From assembly GCF_006345805.1 (NCBI RefSeq), contig NC_043001.1:128898001-128962000 (forward strand): 64,000 nucleotides of DNA, read 5' to 3'. The translations under genes and the position numbers were made by a program. This stretch comes from Octopus sinensis (Eukaryota). The stretch's first letter is position 1. Every line of letters starts with the position of its first letter. Shown piece after piece: positions 14,181 to 27,084 of this stretch. Under the pieces are notes generated by a model. That model ran no database searches, was not told where the DNA came from, and worked only from the letters and a program-made list of their open reading frames with translations.

Positions 14181-14410
14181 ATGTGTGTGAGTTTGTGTGT
14201 TTGTGTTTGTCCCCCCAACATTGCTTGACAACCGATGCTGGTGTGTTTACATCCCCGTCACTTAGCGGTTCGGCAAAAGAGACCGATAGAATAAGTACTG
14301 GGCTTACAAAGAATAAGTCCTGGGGTCGATTTGTTCGACTAAAGGCGGTGCTCCAGCATGGCCGCAGTCAAATGACTGAAACAAGTAAAATAAAATAAAA
14401 TAAAATAAAA
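13929..14410 (+). mobile_element. SINE family A, full length
   Basis: Full match to family consensus; (taaaa)n tail. Confidence 0.95.
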
Positions 14411-14897
14411 TATAAGTGTGTGTGTGTGTGTGTGTGTCTATGGAGTGCGTGAGTGTCTGCACACTAACACTGCTTGAGTGACAGTGTGTTTGTTCACAGG
14501 TCTTTCCCACAAACAATAGATCCTTTAGCTTTGCAATTTCAAAGGTTTCATATGGAGACAAACAAAATAGAAATACCTTGAAATACAAGTAATATTTGTC
14601 AACAAGGAAGGGCATCTTGCTGTAGAATAAATAAATAGTGCCTCAATAATAAGTTTTGTCCAATACATACCAGCATGGAAAAAGTGAATGTCAATGTGAT
14701 GATGATGTTGATGCTGATGATGTGTGAGCATGTGCATGTGTGTGTATGTGTGTGTGTGTCTGTTTGGCACTTCTTGTTTGGAATTTCTCCAAGACAGCTT
14801 AAAGACAGTTTTGTTCTTTCTTTTCTCCATTTTTTGAAAAATTCAATTTTTATTCTTTTTTCATTTTATTTCGAAAAATTTTTAAAAGGGAAATTGT

Positions 14898-14911
14898 GTT
14901 GCTATGGTAAC
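14898..14911. promoter_or_regulatory. RFX X-box-like palindrome GTTGCTATGGTAAC
   Basis: Matches the established RFX consensus GTTRCYATGGYAAC; lies in non-repeat sequence next to a (CT)n tract. Confidence 0.3.
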
Positions 14912-14912
14912 T

Positions 14913-14956
<44 letters not shown>

Positions 14957-15231
14957 TTTTCTTGTTTTCTCTTTTGGTTGTTTCATTTATTTTCTTTCTT
15001 GTTTAGTACTGGGTGATTACCTGTGAGAATCTCAAACGAAATGCATGCACATACATATGGCATGCATACATACATACATACATACATATGGCATACATAC
15101 ATACATACATACATACATATGGCATGCATACATACATACATATGGCATGCATACATACATACATACATACATACATATGTACACATACATACACAGGCAC
15201 ACATGGGTACATATGCACATACATGTCTACA

Positions 15232-15264
<33 letters not shown>

Positions 15265-15419
15265 CTGAAATCATACGCATATAATATATGTACACATGAA
15301 TTAACACCCTTGCTCTCTCTCTTTCTCTCTCTCTCTCTCTCACACACACACATACACATTTATAAGATAAGTCCACTATATCATTCCTATTTTCCATCAC
15401 CACAACAGCCATCATCTTC

Positions 15420-16592
15420 ATCACCACCACCACCACCACCACCACCACCACTATCATCATTACGACGATGATGACGACAACTACGATGACACTGCTGCTG
15501 CTGATGACGACTACCACCACTACCACCACCACTACCACCACCACCAACACTGCTGCTACTTAGATGAATTAAAGAACCTATATGTAGATCTGTTAGAATG
15601 AGCGGCAAAATTTCCATCGAATTGCAACCCCATCTTAGAGAAAGACATATTAGATAATGTCATCAAGGACTTTTAGCACAGAAAAAAAAATGGTGGGATG
15701 GTCATGGCTGGAACACTTCTGATCGCAGGTCAGCTTGAACAACAACCACCACTGCAGCAGCACCAACAACAGCCTAGCTGCTATGGCCATCACCACCACC
15801 ACCACCACCATCACCACCACCACCACCACCATCACCACCACCACCACCACCATCACCACCACCGCCGCCACCACCATCACCAATTCTACCACCACTGCTG
15901 CCGCCACTGCCACCGTCGCCGCCACTGCTGCTGCCACCGCCGCCACCACCACCATCACCACCACCACCACCACCACCACCACCACCACCACCACCACCAC
16001 CACCCACCACCACACCACCACCACCACCACCACTATCATCATTACGACGATGATGACGACAACTACGATGACGCTGCTGCTGCTGATGACGACTACCACC
16101 ACTACCACCACCACTACCACCACCACTACCACCACCACCAACACTGCTGCTACTTAGATGAATTAAAGAACCTATATGTAGATCTGTTAGAATGAGCGGC
16201 AAAATTTCCATCGAATTGCAACCCCATCTTAGAGAAAGACATATTAGATAATGTCATCAAGGACTTTTAGCACAGAAAAAAAAATGGTGGGATGGTCATG
16301 GCTGGAACACTTCTGATCGCAGGTCAGCTTGAACAACAACCACCACTGCAGCAGCACCAACAACAGCCTAGCTGCTATGGCCATCACCACCACCACCACC
16401 ACCATCACCACCACCGCCGCCACCACCATCACCAATTCTACCACCACTGCTGCCGCCACTGCCACCGTCGCCGCCACTGCTGCTGCCACCGCCGCCACCA
16501 CCACCATCACCACCACCACCACCACCACCACCACCACCACCACCACCACCACCACCACCACCACCACCATCACCACCACCACCACCACCACC
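15420..16592. repeat. 594-bp tandem duplication embedded in (ACC)n triplet tracts
   Basis: aacactgctgctacttagatg... starts at 15546 and 16140. The ~240-bp non-triplet parts appear identical; triplet tract lengths differ. Confidence 0.92.
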
Positions 16593-17034
16593 TTCAAACA
16601 AGTTAGCTACATTTCCAGTGAAAAAGTAATTAAGAATATACTTTGACCATCACCACCACCACCACTCCCACCACCACAATCATCATTAGTACACCCACTA
16701 CTAACTAGAATTCAGCTGCTAGAAATAGCAACCAAATCTTACTTAGATAACATCCTACTGATTTAAAAAAAGTAAAGACTCTCTGACTAACGCAAATTGA
16801 AAAAAAAAAAAAAATTCCAGCAAACGATCAGGGTAGAAATTGAATGTTCATAGCAGGAACATCTTTGACCCTGTGCCTCATCTTCAATCTGGGCAAACCT
16901 TGGGGTAAACGTCAACATTGTTTTCATTATCTTCATCACCACAACCACCACCACCATCATCATAGTCAACTTTATCATCTGTCTTTGGTGTCATAGCGAC
17001 CTTCTGTCAGTATAACATCTCATTATTATTAATA

Positions 17035-19280
17035 TGGGTGCGGGCAGCGAACTGGCAGAATCGTTGGAGTACCATGCAATATGTTTAGCAGCATTTCACT
17101 TGTCTTTACCTTTTGAGTTCAAATTCCACTGAGGTCAACTTTGCTTTTCATCCTTTAGAGGGTCGATAAAATAAGTACCTGTCGGACACTGGGTTCTAAG
17201 CTAAATTCCTGGCTTTGTGCCAAAATTTCAAACCATTATTACCTATTATGGAAAAGAGCAGTATCATGTTGAGTTACAATCCTGACAGTCTTCTGTTTTA
17301 GTATCTCAGATTCTGTATTCAGTTCCTATTAGGGCTGGCTTTACCTTCCATTTTTCCAGGGTATTAAAATAAGGCATCGAGCTGGCAGAAACGTTAGCAC
17401 ACTGGGCGAAATGCTTAGCGGTATTTCGTCTGCGTTACGTTGTGAGTTCAAATTCTGCCGAGGTCGACTTTGCCTTTCATCCTTTCGGGATCGATAAATT
17501 AAGTACCAGTTATGCACTGGGGTCGATGTAATCGACTTAATACCTATGTCTGTCCTTGTTTATCCCCTCTGTGTTTAGCCCCTTGTGGGTAATAAAGAAA
17601 TAGGTATTAAAATAAGTATCAGATATAGCTAATTAAATCAATTCCATCGTTGTGATTTTCATCAGTGAAAATTCAATGCTATTACTCTCAATTTTGAGAT
17701 CATAGAAGGATAAATAAAACAAAGTTGACCTTGATGGCATCTGAACTCAAAATGTAAAGAGCTGGACTTTTATGTTGTTCAAATGATAGCCAAACTTCTG
17801 TACTGGTAATCATCATCATAACTATTATTATAAAGAACAGTGAATTGGTTGAATCAGGACCCTACCCACTGCAAGTAGATGGTCCTGTTCAATACATAGA
17901 AAAGGTGTTGGCAGGAATTCCATTCAGTGTGCCCAGTGCAAGCTATGGATAGATAAGGTTTCATGGCGGCAAGCTGGCAGAAACATTAGCACACCGGGCG
18001 AAATGCTTAGCGGTATTTCGTCTGCCGTTACGTTCTGAGTTCAAATTCCACTGAGGTCGACTTTGCCTTTCATCCTTTCTGGGTCGATTAAATAAGTACC
18101 AGTTATGTACTGTAAAATGAACTGTGCTGGTGATACATAGAAAGCACTTAGTACACTCTGTAAAGTGGTTGGTGTTTGGAAGGACATCCAGCTATAGAAA
18201 CCATACCAATACAAACAATGTAACTTGGTGCAGCTCCTGGCTTTGCCAGCTCCTATCAAACCATTGAACAGTGGAACCCATGCCAACATGGAAAACAAAC
18301 ATTAAATGAAATGATGATGATTGTAACATTGGATATTTTATCCAGCTCTTTATGTTCTGAGTTCAAATCATGCCTAGGATAACTTTGCCTCTCATCCCTC
18401 TGGAGCTGGTTAACCCTCAGTTACTATATTTCGGCAGAAAAACACTGCCTTTGTTATAATTAATTTTGAAATTAATGAAGAATTTATACAATAACTTTTG
18501 TCATTATTGAGCTGGTATTTGAATCAGAAATTAACATGAAATTTTGATGGAATATTTTAATTTAGATCAGGTTCAAACAAAAAGTTTGCATCATAGAACA
18601 AGGGGTCGTCTCAAGTGAGATGGCATCAAAAGGGGTTAAATAAAGTGCAAGTCTAGTACTGGGGTTGATTTTAATGGTTAACCCCACCCATCAAAAATAC
18701 TGGCCTTGTACTTAAATTAGGAGGCAATTGTTATTGTGATTATTAAGGTGGCGATCTGGCAGAATTGTTAGCATGCTGGACGAAATGCTCAGTAGTATTT
18801 TGCCCATTCCTCTGATCTGAGTTCAAATTCCACCAAGGTCGACTTTGCCTTTCATCCTTTTGGAGTTGATAAAATTAGTACCAGTTCAACACTGGGGTGA
18901 ATGTAATCAACTTAACTTTTCTCCCAGAATGGCTGCCCTCATGGCAAAATCATTATTATTATTATTATTATTATTAGGGTGTTAGGTTGGCAGAATCATT
19001 ATACAAAATTTGTTCTGTTTTTATTTTAATGTTCTGTGTTCAAATCCGGCTGAAGTCAGCTTTGTATTTTATCTTTCAAGGCTCAATAAGATGAAGTCCT
19101 ATTTCAAATACTGAGGATTGACTAAATCAATTACATTGTCCTCTTTCCCATTCAGCCAATAACAACAACAACAACAACAACAATAATAATACTGTAGGCA
19201 CAAGGCCTGAAATTTGAGGGAGGGGAATAGTCGATTACATTGACCCTAGTACTCAACTGGAACTTATTTTATCAACTCTG
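17035..19280. mobile_element. Cluster of further SINE family B copies and fragments (17035, 17964, 18340, 18745, 18980 on +; ~19190-19280 on -)
   Basis: Repeated gagttcaaattcc / gactttgcctttcatcct / aagtaccag motifs. Confidence 0.8.
17372..17602 (+). mobile_element. SINE family B (tail variant 2) with TSD
   Basis: TSD ggtattaaaataag at 17360-17373 and 17603-17616; tail ...tttagccccttgtgggtaataaagaaata. Confidence 0.93.
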
Positions 19281-19310
19281 AAAAGGATAAAAGGCAAAGT
19301 CATAATAATG

Positions 19311-19372
<62 letters not shown>

Positions 19373-19459
19373 ATACTTTCTATGTAACCTCAAGTTTTAA
19401 AACAAACTTAAATTTGGTTTTTTTCTTTTCTTTTTTTTGCTCTCTTTTTTTTTTAGGCA

Positions 19460-19618
19460 TTCACTAGTACAACACTAAATACAAAACCAAATATATGGCA
19501 CACTAGGCATAACAACAATACGAATTTCCAACCTGTTGCCTCTTGAGGTTTCTGGGTGAGACTTGGAGCCAACTTGTACAAATATTAAGCAAAAGTCAAA
19601 CATAGAATAATAATAATA

Positions 19619-19653
<35 letters not shown>

Positions 19654-19680
19654 GTAATAATAATAATAATAATGATATCA
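19460..19680 (+). mobile_element. Non-LTR retrotransposon 3' UTR with (AAT)n tail
   Basis: ...ctcttgaggtttctgggtgagacttggagccaacttgtacaaat...caaacatag then (AAT)n. Clade assignment is inference. Confidence 0.45.
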
Positions 19681-19872
19681 AATTTTGTTACGAGGGCCTA
19701 TTGTTCTGGTATATTACATTCCTAAAGTCAAATTTGCTCTTCTCCTTCTGGGGAGGGGAAATGTCGATTAAATTCAGCACCATTTAAGTACTGGTAGCAG
19801 TGTAATCAACTTGCCTTACCTCCTCAAAATTGCTGGCCTTGTACCAAAATCGGAAACAATTATTATTATTAT

Positions 19873-20388
19873 GCTTGTCACACAACAACTGTTCCTGGTG
19901 GTGTAACATGGATGCCAGCTGACCACATTCAGTGGACCAAGGTGACATCTTGCATTGTTAAGCACTTTTCTAAGTATACTAGCAATTCCAAGGAGAGTTC
20001 TGATGTTGTCCCTGATTTTTAAAAAATAGTTTTAAATTCTGGTGTTCAGAATACCAAGTGTCCCAACAACAACTGGAACGACCTCAACTTTTTCCATCAC
20101 CCAGAAATGTTTTTATCTCAAACACTAGTAGTTCATAGCCTTCAATCTTCTCTAATTCCTTGTCATAAACCTTATGACAAGCCATATCAAAAATCAAACA
20201 CTGTTGACTTTGTTAATCACCACAATATCTGGTTTATGACGTTCAGTTTCATGGTCACATTGTACCATAAAGTCTCATAAAATATTGACATGGTCATTTC
20301 CTGCAATACCTTCTGTTTGTGCTCATACCACTGGCTTGCTCTTTCTAGGCCATATTTTCTACATAACTTCCATTTGAGAAGCTCAGAG
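19873..20388 (-). pseudogene. R4/Dong-clade non-LTR retrotransposon, restriction-like endonuclease domain
   Basis: WKLCRKYGLERASQWYEHK..GNDHVNILxDFMVQCDHETERHKPDIVVINK...DKELEKIEGY (PD-D motif); 3' end abuts (TAA)n. Confidence 0.85.
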
Positions 20389-20390
20389 AA

Positions 20391-20735
20391 TACTCTCTTT
20401 TACTCTTTTACTTGTTTCAGTCATTTGACTGTGGCCATGCTGGAGCACCGCCTTTAATCGAGCAACTCGACCCCGGGACATATTCTTTTGTAAGCCCAGT
20501 ACTTATTCTATCAGTCTCTTTTGCTGAACCGCTAAGTAACGGGGACATAAACACACCAGCATCGGTTGTCAAACAATGCTAGGGGGACAAACACAGACAC
20601 ACAAACACACACAAGGCTTTGGTCGGCCCGGGGCTATATTAGCAGACACTTGCCCAAGGTGCCACACAGTGAAACTGAACCCAGAACCATGTGGTTGGTA
20701 AACAAGTTACTTACCACACAGCCACTCCTGCGCCT
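20391..20735 (-). mobile_element. SINE family A with deletion of part of the core
   Basis: Head ends ...gccactcctgcgcct at 20735; lies between two Dong/R4 relics. Confidence 0.92.
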
Positions 20736-21132
20736 TATCAAAGATTTTCTCATAAAAATGTGCATCTCAAGGCAGTTACAATATCATACATAGTAGGAGC
20801 ATTAGGAATGATCAAAAAAGGAACTGAAGATTATTTGAGAATGATCCCTGGCTTACCATCCATGCAAGAAGTGCAAAAGATTATTTTAACCGGTATGTCA
20901 CACATACTGAGAAGAGTATTGGTGCTGTGAGAAGGATTACATTCTATGTAAATGATTTTCTTTGTTTTCTTTTTTATATGCTTTCTTTTCTTTCACTAAG
21001 CTTTGCAAATGAACAATCTGATGTGCTTATGTTAATGGCCTACCAATATGTTCAGTTAGTTTCTTTGCCCTAGGTGTCAGGAAGACACCCAGCAAGAAAT
21101 GGAAACAAAATTGAAAGAAGAAAACTAATAAA

Positions 21133-21165
<33 letters not shown>
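20736..21165 (+). pseudogene. Second R4/Dong-clade LINE 3' end with UTR and (AAT)n tail
   Basis: HLKAVTISYIVGALGMIKKGTEDYLRMIPGLPSMQEVQKIILTGMSHILRRVLVL*. Confidence 0.85.
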
Positions 21166-21166
<1 letters not shown>

Positions 21167-21412
21167 GTAAGAAGAAGAAGAAGACGACAATGACGACGAC
21201 GAAGAAGTAGAAGAAGAAGAAGAAGAAGAAGACGACAACAACGACGATGACGACAAAAAAGAAGAAGAAGACGACAACGACAACGACGACGACGACAAAG
21301 AAGAAGAAGAAGAAGAAGAAGAAGAAGAAGAAGAAGAAGAAGAAGAGAAGAAAAAGAAGAAGAAGAAGAAGAAAAGAAGAAGAAGAAGAAGAAAGAAGAA
21401 GAAGAAGAGAAA

Positions 21413-21443
<31 letters not shown>

Positions 21444-21446
21444 AAG

Positions 21447-21476
<30 letters not shown>
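21166..21476. repeat. (GAA)n/(GAC)n polypurine tract
   Basis: About 310 bp, almost purely purine on +. Confidence 0.97.
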
Positions 21477-21477
<1 letters not shown>

Positions 21478-21494
21478 GCCCTTATGCAGCAGGA

Positions 21495-21890
21495 GGCAGT
21501 GGCTCTCATGGCTTCTGATCTTAACTGATTGGAAGTGTTATCATGTACATGTTTTGTCTTGGTATAAAATATGGACTACAGCAAATATTCTGCTCAATAA
21601 CACAGACTTGCCTGTCAGTTGTTTGACCTCAACAACTTGAGCGTGTCCCTTAGTGACTGACGATATGTGCATCTCTGATCGTGAACAGGAGTAGTGGGAG
21701 GTGTGGGGATCATAGCCATGTGTTGAGAGGAATTCTTTGGGGTTTGGATAATTCACCTATGGAAACATATGTGTTTTGTTTATCATCCTTAAACAAAGCT
21801 TATTCAGAGTCATTTTAAGTGGGAAAATTCTACTCAACCCAGAGAAAATTCTAACTGGACCCCATCTGCAAGATCATGATGCAGAGGTGC
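21495..21890 (+). mobile_element. Interspersed repeat family C (gcttctgatcttaactgattggaagtgttatc...)
   Basis: Inverted copy at 21990-22385 and a partial copy at ~9000-9118. Confidence 0.85.
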
Positions 21891-21989
21891 AAATATATGA
21901 AGCTCAAAATGCCCATCATGACAACTTGTCTGATAAGAGTAATTCAGAGACATGCATCATAACAATATTTGTGTGATATGGTGACCTCA

Positions 21990-22385
21990 TATCAAGATAT
22001 GCACATGATCTTGCAGGTGGGGCCCAGTTAGAATTTTCTTCTGGTCAAGTAGCCCATGCAGCTCAAAAGGTCCCTGAATAAGGGTTACAGATGTTGAACA
22101 AAACACCCATGTTTCCAGAGGTGAAGTACTCAAACCCCAAAGAATTCCTCTCAATACATGGCTATGATGCTCCCCCACTACTTGTGCTTGTAATCAGAGA
22201 TACACATATCATCAGTCACTAAAGGACATGCTCAATTGGTTGAGGTCAAGCAACTGACAAGCAAATCTGTAGTACTGAGCAGAATATTTGCTGTAGCCCA
22301 TCTTTTATACAAAGACAAAACAATGTACATGATGATGCTTCCAGTCAGTTAAGATCAGAAGCCAAGGGAGCCACTACCTGGTATT
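21990..22385 (-). mobile_element. Interspersed repeat family C, inverted copy
   Basis: Reverse complement of 21495-21890 (e.g. cagttaagatcagaagcc, gctgtagcccatcttttatac). Confidence 0.85.
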
Positions 22386-23227
22386 GCATTAGGGTTTTTA
22401 TCATCATCATCATCATTATTATTGTTATTAACCCTTTTGATACCAACCTGACTGAAACTGCATCTAGGACAAATACCTTGTTTTCATAAGTTTTGAATTA
22501 AAATCTTCCACGAAACCTTAGTTTATGTTCCTAACACTAGCTGAATGCTAACTAAGTTATTTTACTAAATTCTTTGTTATATTTAAGATTAATTGAAAGA
22601 AACACAGAAAGTCTCAAAATAAATATGGCAAAAAAAGGGTTAAGGCAGTCAGCTAACAGAATCGTTTGAACGCCAGGCAAAAATGCTTGGCAGTCTTTCT
22701 TGCAGCTTTTTACATTTTGAATTCAAATTCCGTCAAGGTCACCATTGCCTTTCATTTTTTTTTGTGTGTGTGTGGGGGGGGGGGGGGTAAATAAAAATAA
22801 GTACCAGTTGAGCACTGGAGTCGATGAAATTGACTAGTTCCCTTTCCCCCAAATTTCAGGCTTTGTACCTATAGTAGAAAGAATTATTAGTATTATTAGT
22901 GCTGTTATTATTTTTAGTAGTAGGAGTAATACCAGTTGTGAAAAATAGTAGTTGTAGCATTAGTAGTAACAACAGTAGCAGTACTAAAGTATTTGTAGTA
23001 ATAGTATCTGTAGCAAATTATCATTATTATTATTATTAGTAGTAGTAGTAGTAACAACAGCAGCATCAGTATCGGGAATGATGTAGAGTGTGTTTGTTTG
23101 TTTGTTGGTTGGTTTTTTTACACAACTGTTTCCAATTCACATTATACAGCTCCTCCTTCTCTGCCTCCTCTTCCTCCTCCTCCCTCCTGTTTCAACCCAA
23201 CTCCCTTTCTCATCATCAACATAATCC

Positions 23228-23258
<31 letters not shown>

Positions 23259-23554
23259 AATTAATATTACCCCACCTTCTTGAAATTAAATTAAATAAAA
23301 TTATATTAAATTAAATTAAATTTCAGGCTTGTTACTTTTTCTTTCAAAAACCAAAAATATAAAATTAAAAAAAAAATACCAAAATATTCAGAAAACAAAG
23401 AAATAAAAAAAATTTAAAAAAAACAACAACAACAACACTACTAATAAATAAAACAAAATAAAATTTTATGCAAATTACAGCCAATTCTGTCCAAGTGGCT
23501 CCACCTTCTTTTCAGTTCAGCAGAGCTTGATCAAAAAATACTAGGGTGGTAACT

Positions 23555-24510
23555 AAACTACTGTCGTCATGATGGTGGTGGTAGCATTGATGATGGGGAT
23601 GTTGATGGTGATGTCATTATTGCTGGTATTGATGACAGTGGTGGTAGTGGTGATGGTGATAGTGATGATGTGGGTGATAATGATATTGATGCTGATGGTG
23701 GTGGTGTTGGCGACGGAGATGGCGGTGATGTTAGTAATGGCATGGGGGAGGGGAATCATATTGCTCAATATGGTGGTGGTGGTGGTGGTTGTGGTTGTGA
23801 TGGTGTTGGTAGTGTTGTGTGTGGTGTTATTGCTGGTGATGGCAATGGTTGTTAGTGATGGTATGGTGGTGGTAGTGGTGGGAATGATCACATCGCTTGA
23901 TGTGGTGGCTGTGATGGTGTCGGTGGTGGTGATGGTAATAAGGGTGGGAGAAAATGTTGATGAGGGGTGGTTGATGCCATTGAAATGTTTAGCCCCAGGT
24001 CAGCCTTAACTAAGTAGAACAGACCTATGATCAATGGCATTCCAGCCATGATCATCCCATTTTTTTGTTACATGCTAGGAACCCAGAGCCAAATTATTCA
24101 ATATATTCTCTTTTTTCTTTTGATAATGGTAAGATAATAATTTGAGGGAAATTTGGCTGTTATTTCTTGTAGGTCAAGCAACCACATAGAAGCTCTCACA
24201 ATGATGATAGTGGTGGTGGTGGTGTTGGTAGTGGTGATGTTGGTGTTGGTAGTGGTGGTGGTGGTGTTGGTAGTGGTGGTGTTGGTAGTGGTAGTGGTGG
24301 TGTTGGTAGTGGTGGTGTTGGTAGTGGTGGTGTTGGTAGTGGTGGTGTTGGTAGTGGTGGTGATGGTGGTGTTGTTGGTGTTGGTAGTGGTGGTGGTGGT
24401 GGTGTTGGTGTTGGTAGTGGTGGTGATGGTGGTGGTGGTGTTACTGTTGATGGTCAGAATAGTATAAAACAGTGGTCATAATGGCAGTTGTGGCGCAGTT
24501 GTGACGCAGT

Positions 24511-24547
<37 letters not shown>

Positions 24548-25771
24548 AGTGAATGGCAGTTTGTGGTGGTGGGGATTCTCATTTTCATTTAAATGTAATA
24601 TGTTGCTCCATGTCGACAACTAGCTGTTTTCGTTTAGCCCAAGGTCAGCTCCAACTGAGCCGACATATGGTCATTAGATATCCTACTAATGACCATTTTG
24701 TCTTTGTTTAGGACAGACCCGGGATGATGTGAACCAACAATGGGACTATTTGCGGGAAGGCAGGGTATGAGTTGAGAGAGATTTGACTGTTATTTCAGGC
24801 CAAGTTGACTGACCACATAGAGAGTGGTCGTAAGTAGGTAAGTAGATAGGGTAGTTTTAATAAACGCTACAGGTGGCAGTCAGGTGTCGATGGCAGTAAT
24901 GGTTTTGGTTATGATGGTGATGGTTGTGGTGGTGGTGGTGGTGGTGGTGCCAGCTTTAGCAGTGGTGTTGCTGATGTTGAAGGCGAAGGTATGTTGGTGG
25001 TAGAGATGGTTGTAGTGTTCTTGTTGTAGCTGATGATAATGTTGATGATGATGATGACGATGCTGATGTTGAGGATGGTGGTTGTACTATTGCTGTTGTT
25101 GGTGATGCTGGTAATGGTAAAGATAGTACAGGCCACAGTGGTGAGAGGTTTAGCTGTGGAGGTAACAGTGTAGCAGCAATGTAGTGGTAGATGTAGTTGT
25201 GTTGTTGGTGTTGGTGGTGTTTGGTGGTGATGGCGTTGGTGTGGCGGTGAGGGTGGCAGCAACGCTTGAGAGCAATGGGGTGTTGGTGGTGGTGGTGGTG
25301 GTATCAGTGGTGGTGATGGTATGACATTGGTAAACATAATGATGGTGGTGGTGGTGGTGGTGATGGTGGTAGCTGTTGAGAGCGATGAAGGTGTCGGTGG
25401 TGACAGTGTTCGTGGTGACAGCGTTGGTGGCGATGGTATCGGCGGTGGCGATGGTATGACAGTGGTAACGATAATGATGGTCATGATGATGATGGCGGTG
25501 GTGGTGGTGGTGGTGGTGGTGGTGGTGGTGGTGGTGGTGGTTGTAGTGTTGTTGCGATGGCTATAGCGATAAAAAAAAAAGAAAGAAACAAACAAAACAG
25601 TGTGTTGAAGAGGGAGAAGGTGGAGAGTGGGGAGCAGGGGGTTGTCAGTGGCAGAGAAGGCGGCAGCAAAGAAATGGTAGCAAAGAGGAAAGGTGAGGTG
25701 CTTTGCGGCAAAAATCTAATTCTGCAGCAATGCCACCTGCATTAGTAAAAGACATAAGTTGCAGTTGCTGC

Positions 25772-25804
<33 letters not shown>

Positions 25805-26522
25805 TGCCACTACTGTTGTCATTATTGTTGTTATTGGTGTTAGTGCTATTGGTAATATTGGTGGTGTGGGAGGAGGCGGTGGTGTTTGTGGTGTTAGTTT
25901 CATAGTTGTTGTTGTTGTTGTTGGCATTAGTGCTTGTGTTGTTTTGTTTTTGCTGTTGTTGTTGTTGTTGGCATAAGTGTTTGTGCTGTTGTTGTTGTTG
26001 TTGTTGTTGTTGTTATTGCTGTTGCTATTGTTATTTTAAAATTTAATTTAATCTCTTTTCTTTTCTTTTCTTCTCTTTCTTTTCTCTCTCTGTTTTTTTT
26101 TTTTTGTTGTTGTTGTTAGTTTTTGTTTTTATTTGTTAGAGTGCAGCCAACTACTGTTGCACATTGACAGTGCAAGATGGTGCTATTATTTCAATGCTTC
26201 ATTAGTATGCAAATTTCAAGAAAGGAGATTAATGATAGCATCTTCCACCTACACCTTATTTCATTTTCTCCGATTCCTCCCCTTCCCCATCATCATCATC
26301 ATCATCGCCGTCGTATCATCATCATCATCATCATCATCATCACCATCACCACTAACACAACCACTGCTACCACCACTACCACCATCAGCAATTTTCTAAC
26401 CAATACCGCTGCCACTGTTACTACTGTTTTTTCTTTTTGTGTCATCGTCATTTTTATCATTATCCTCGTTGTCATCATTGTCATTGTCATCATCATCATC
26501 ATCGCCGTTGTTGTTGTTATCG

Positions 26523-26561
<39 letters not shown>

Positions 26562-26800
26562 CTGTCATTGTCGTCAATGTCATAATCATCAGCATGGTTA
26601 TCCTGATTGTGGTCATTATCAGAATATGACCTCGTTATCATGATTATCGCCAGAATGCCAATTACTGACGTCATTGTCATCATCATTATCATTGTTATTG
26701 TTGTTGTTGTTGTTGTCTTCTTAATCACTGTCATCATTGTCCTGATTGTCATCGTCATCATCATCATTGTAAGGTACATCAAAATACACATCATCAACAT
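23555..26800. repeat. Cryptic triplet-simple-sequence domain (GGT/GAT, then GCT/GTT, then CAT)
   Basis: Imperfect triplet runs with short unique or SINE-derived islands. Confidence 0.9.
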
Positions 26801-27084
26801 CATTTTTATTAAAGTAAAAATTACATAGATATAAGTTCCCCATCACTTAGCAGTTTGGCAAAATAGACTGATAGAATAAGTACTGGGCTTACAAAGAATA
26901 AGTCCCGGGGTCAATTTGCTCGACTAAAGGCGGTGCTCCAGCATGGCCGCAGTCAAATGACTGAAACAAGTAAAAATGTAAAAAAAGTAAAAAAAAGATA
27001 TTACGAAGCGTATATGTGTGTGTGTGTGTGTGTATTCGCTTAGGTGTCTTCAAATGTGTATAATTACATCAAATATATATATCA

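Noticed and set aside
14990-15030. Plus-strand 16-nt microexon (TTTAG|TACTGGGTGATTACCT|GTGAGA)
   Set aside because: Not frame-preserving, no partner exons found, and the downstream GCATG motifs are explained by (CATA)n variants.
16743-16757. Apparent minus-strand 12/15-nt microexon with GTAAGA donor
   Set aside because: Lies within a degenerate copy of the common ctagaaatagcagccaaatc repeat.
17630-17670. Minus-strand CUGAUGA followed by a stem
   Set aside because: No GAAA after the stem.
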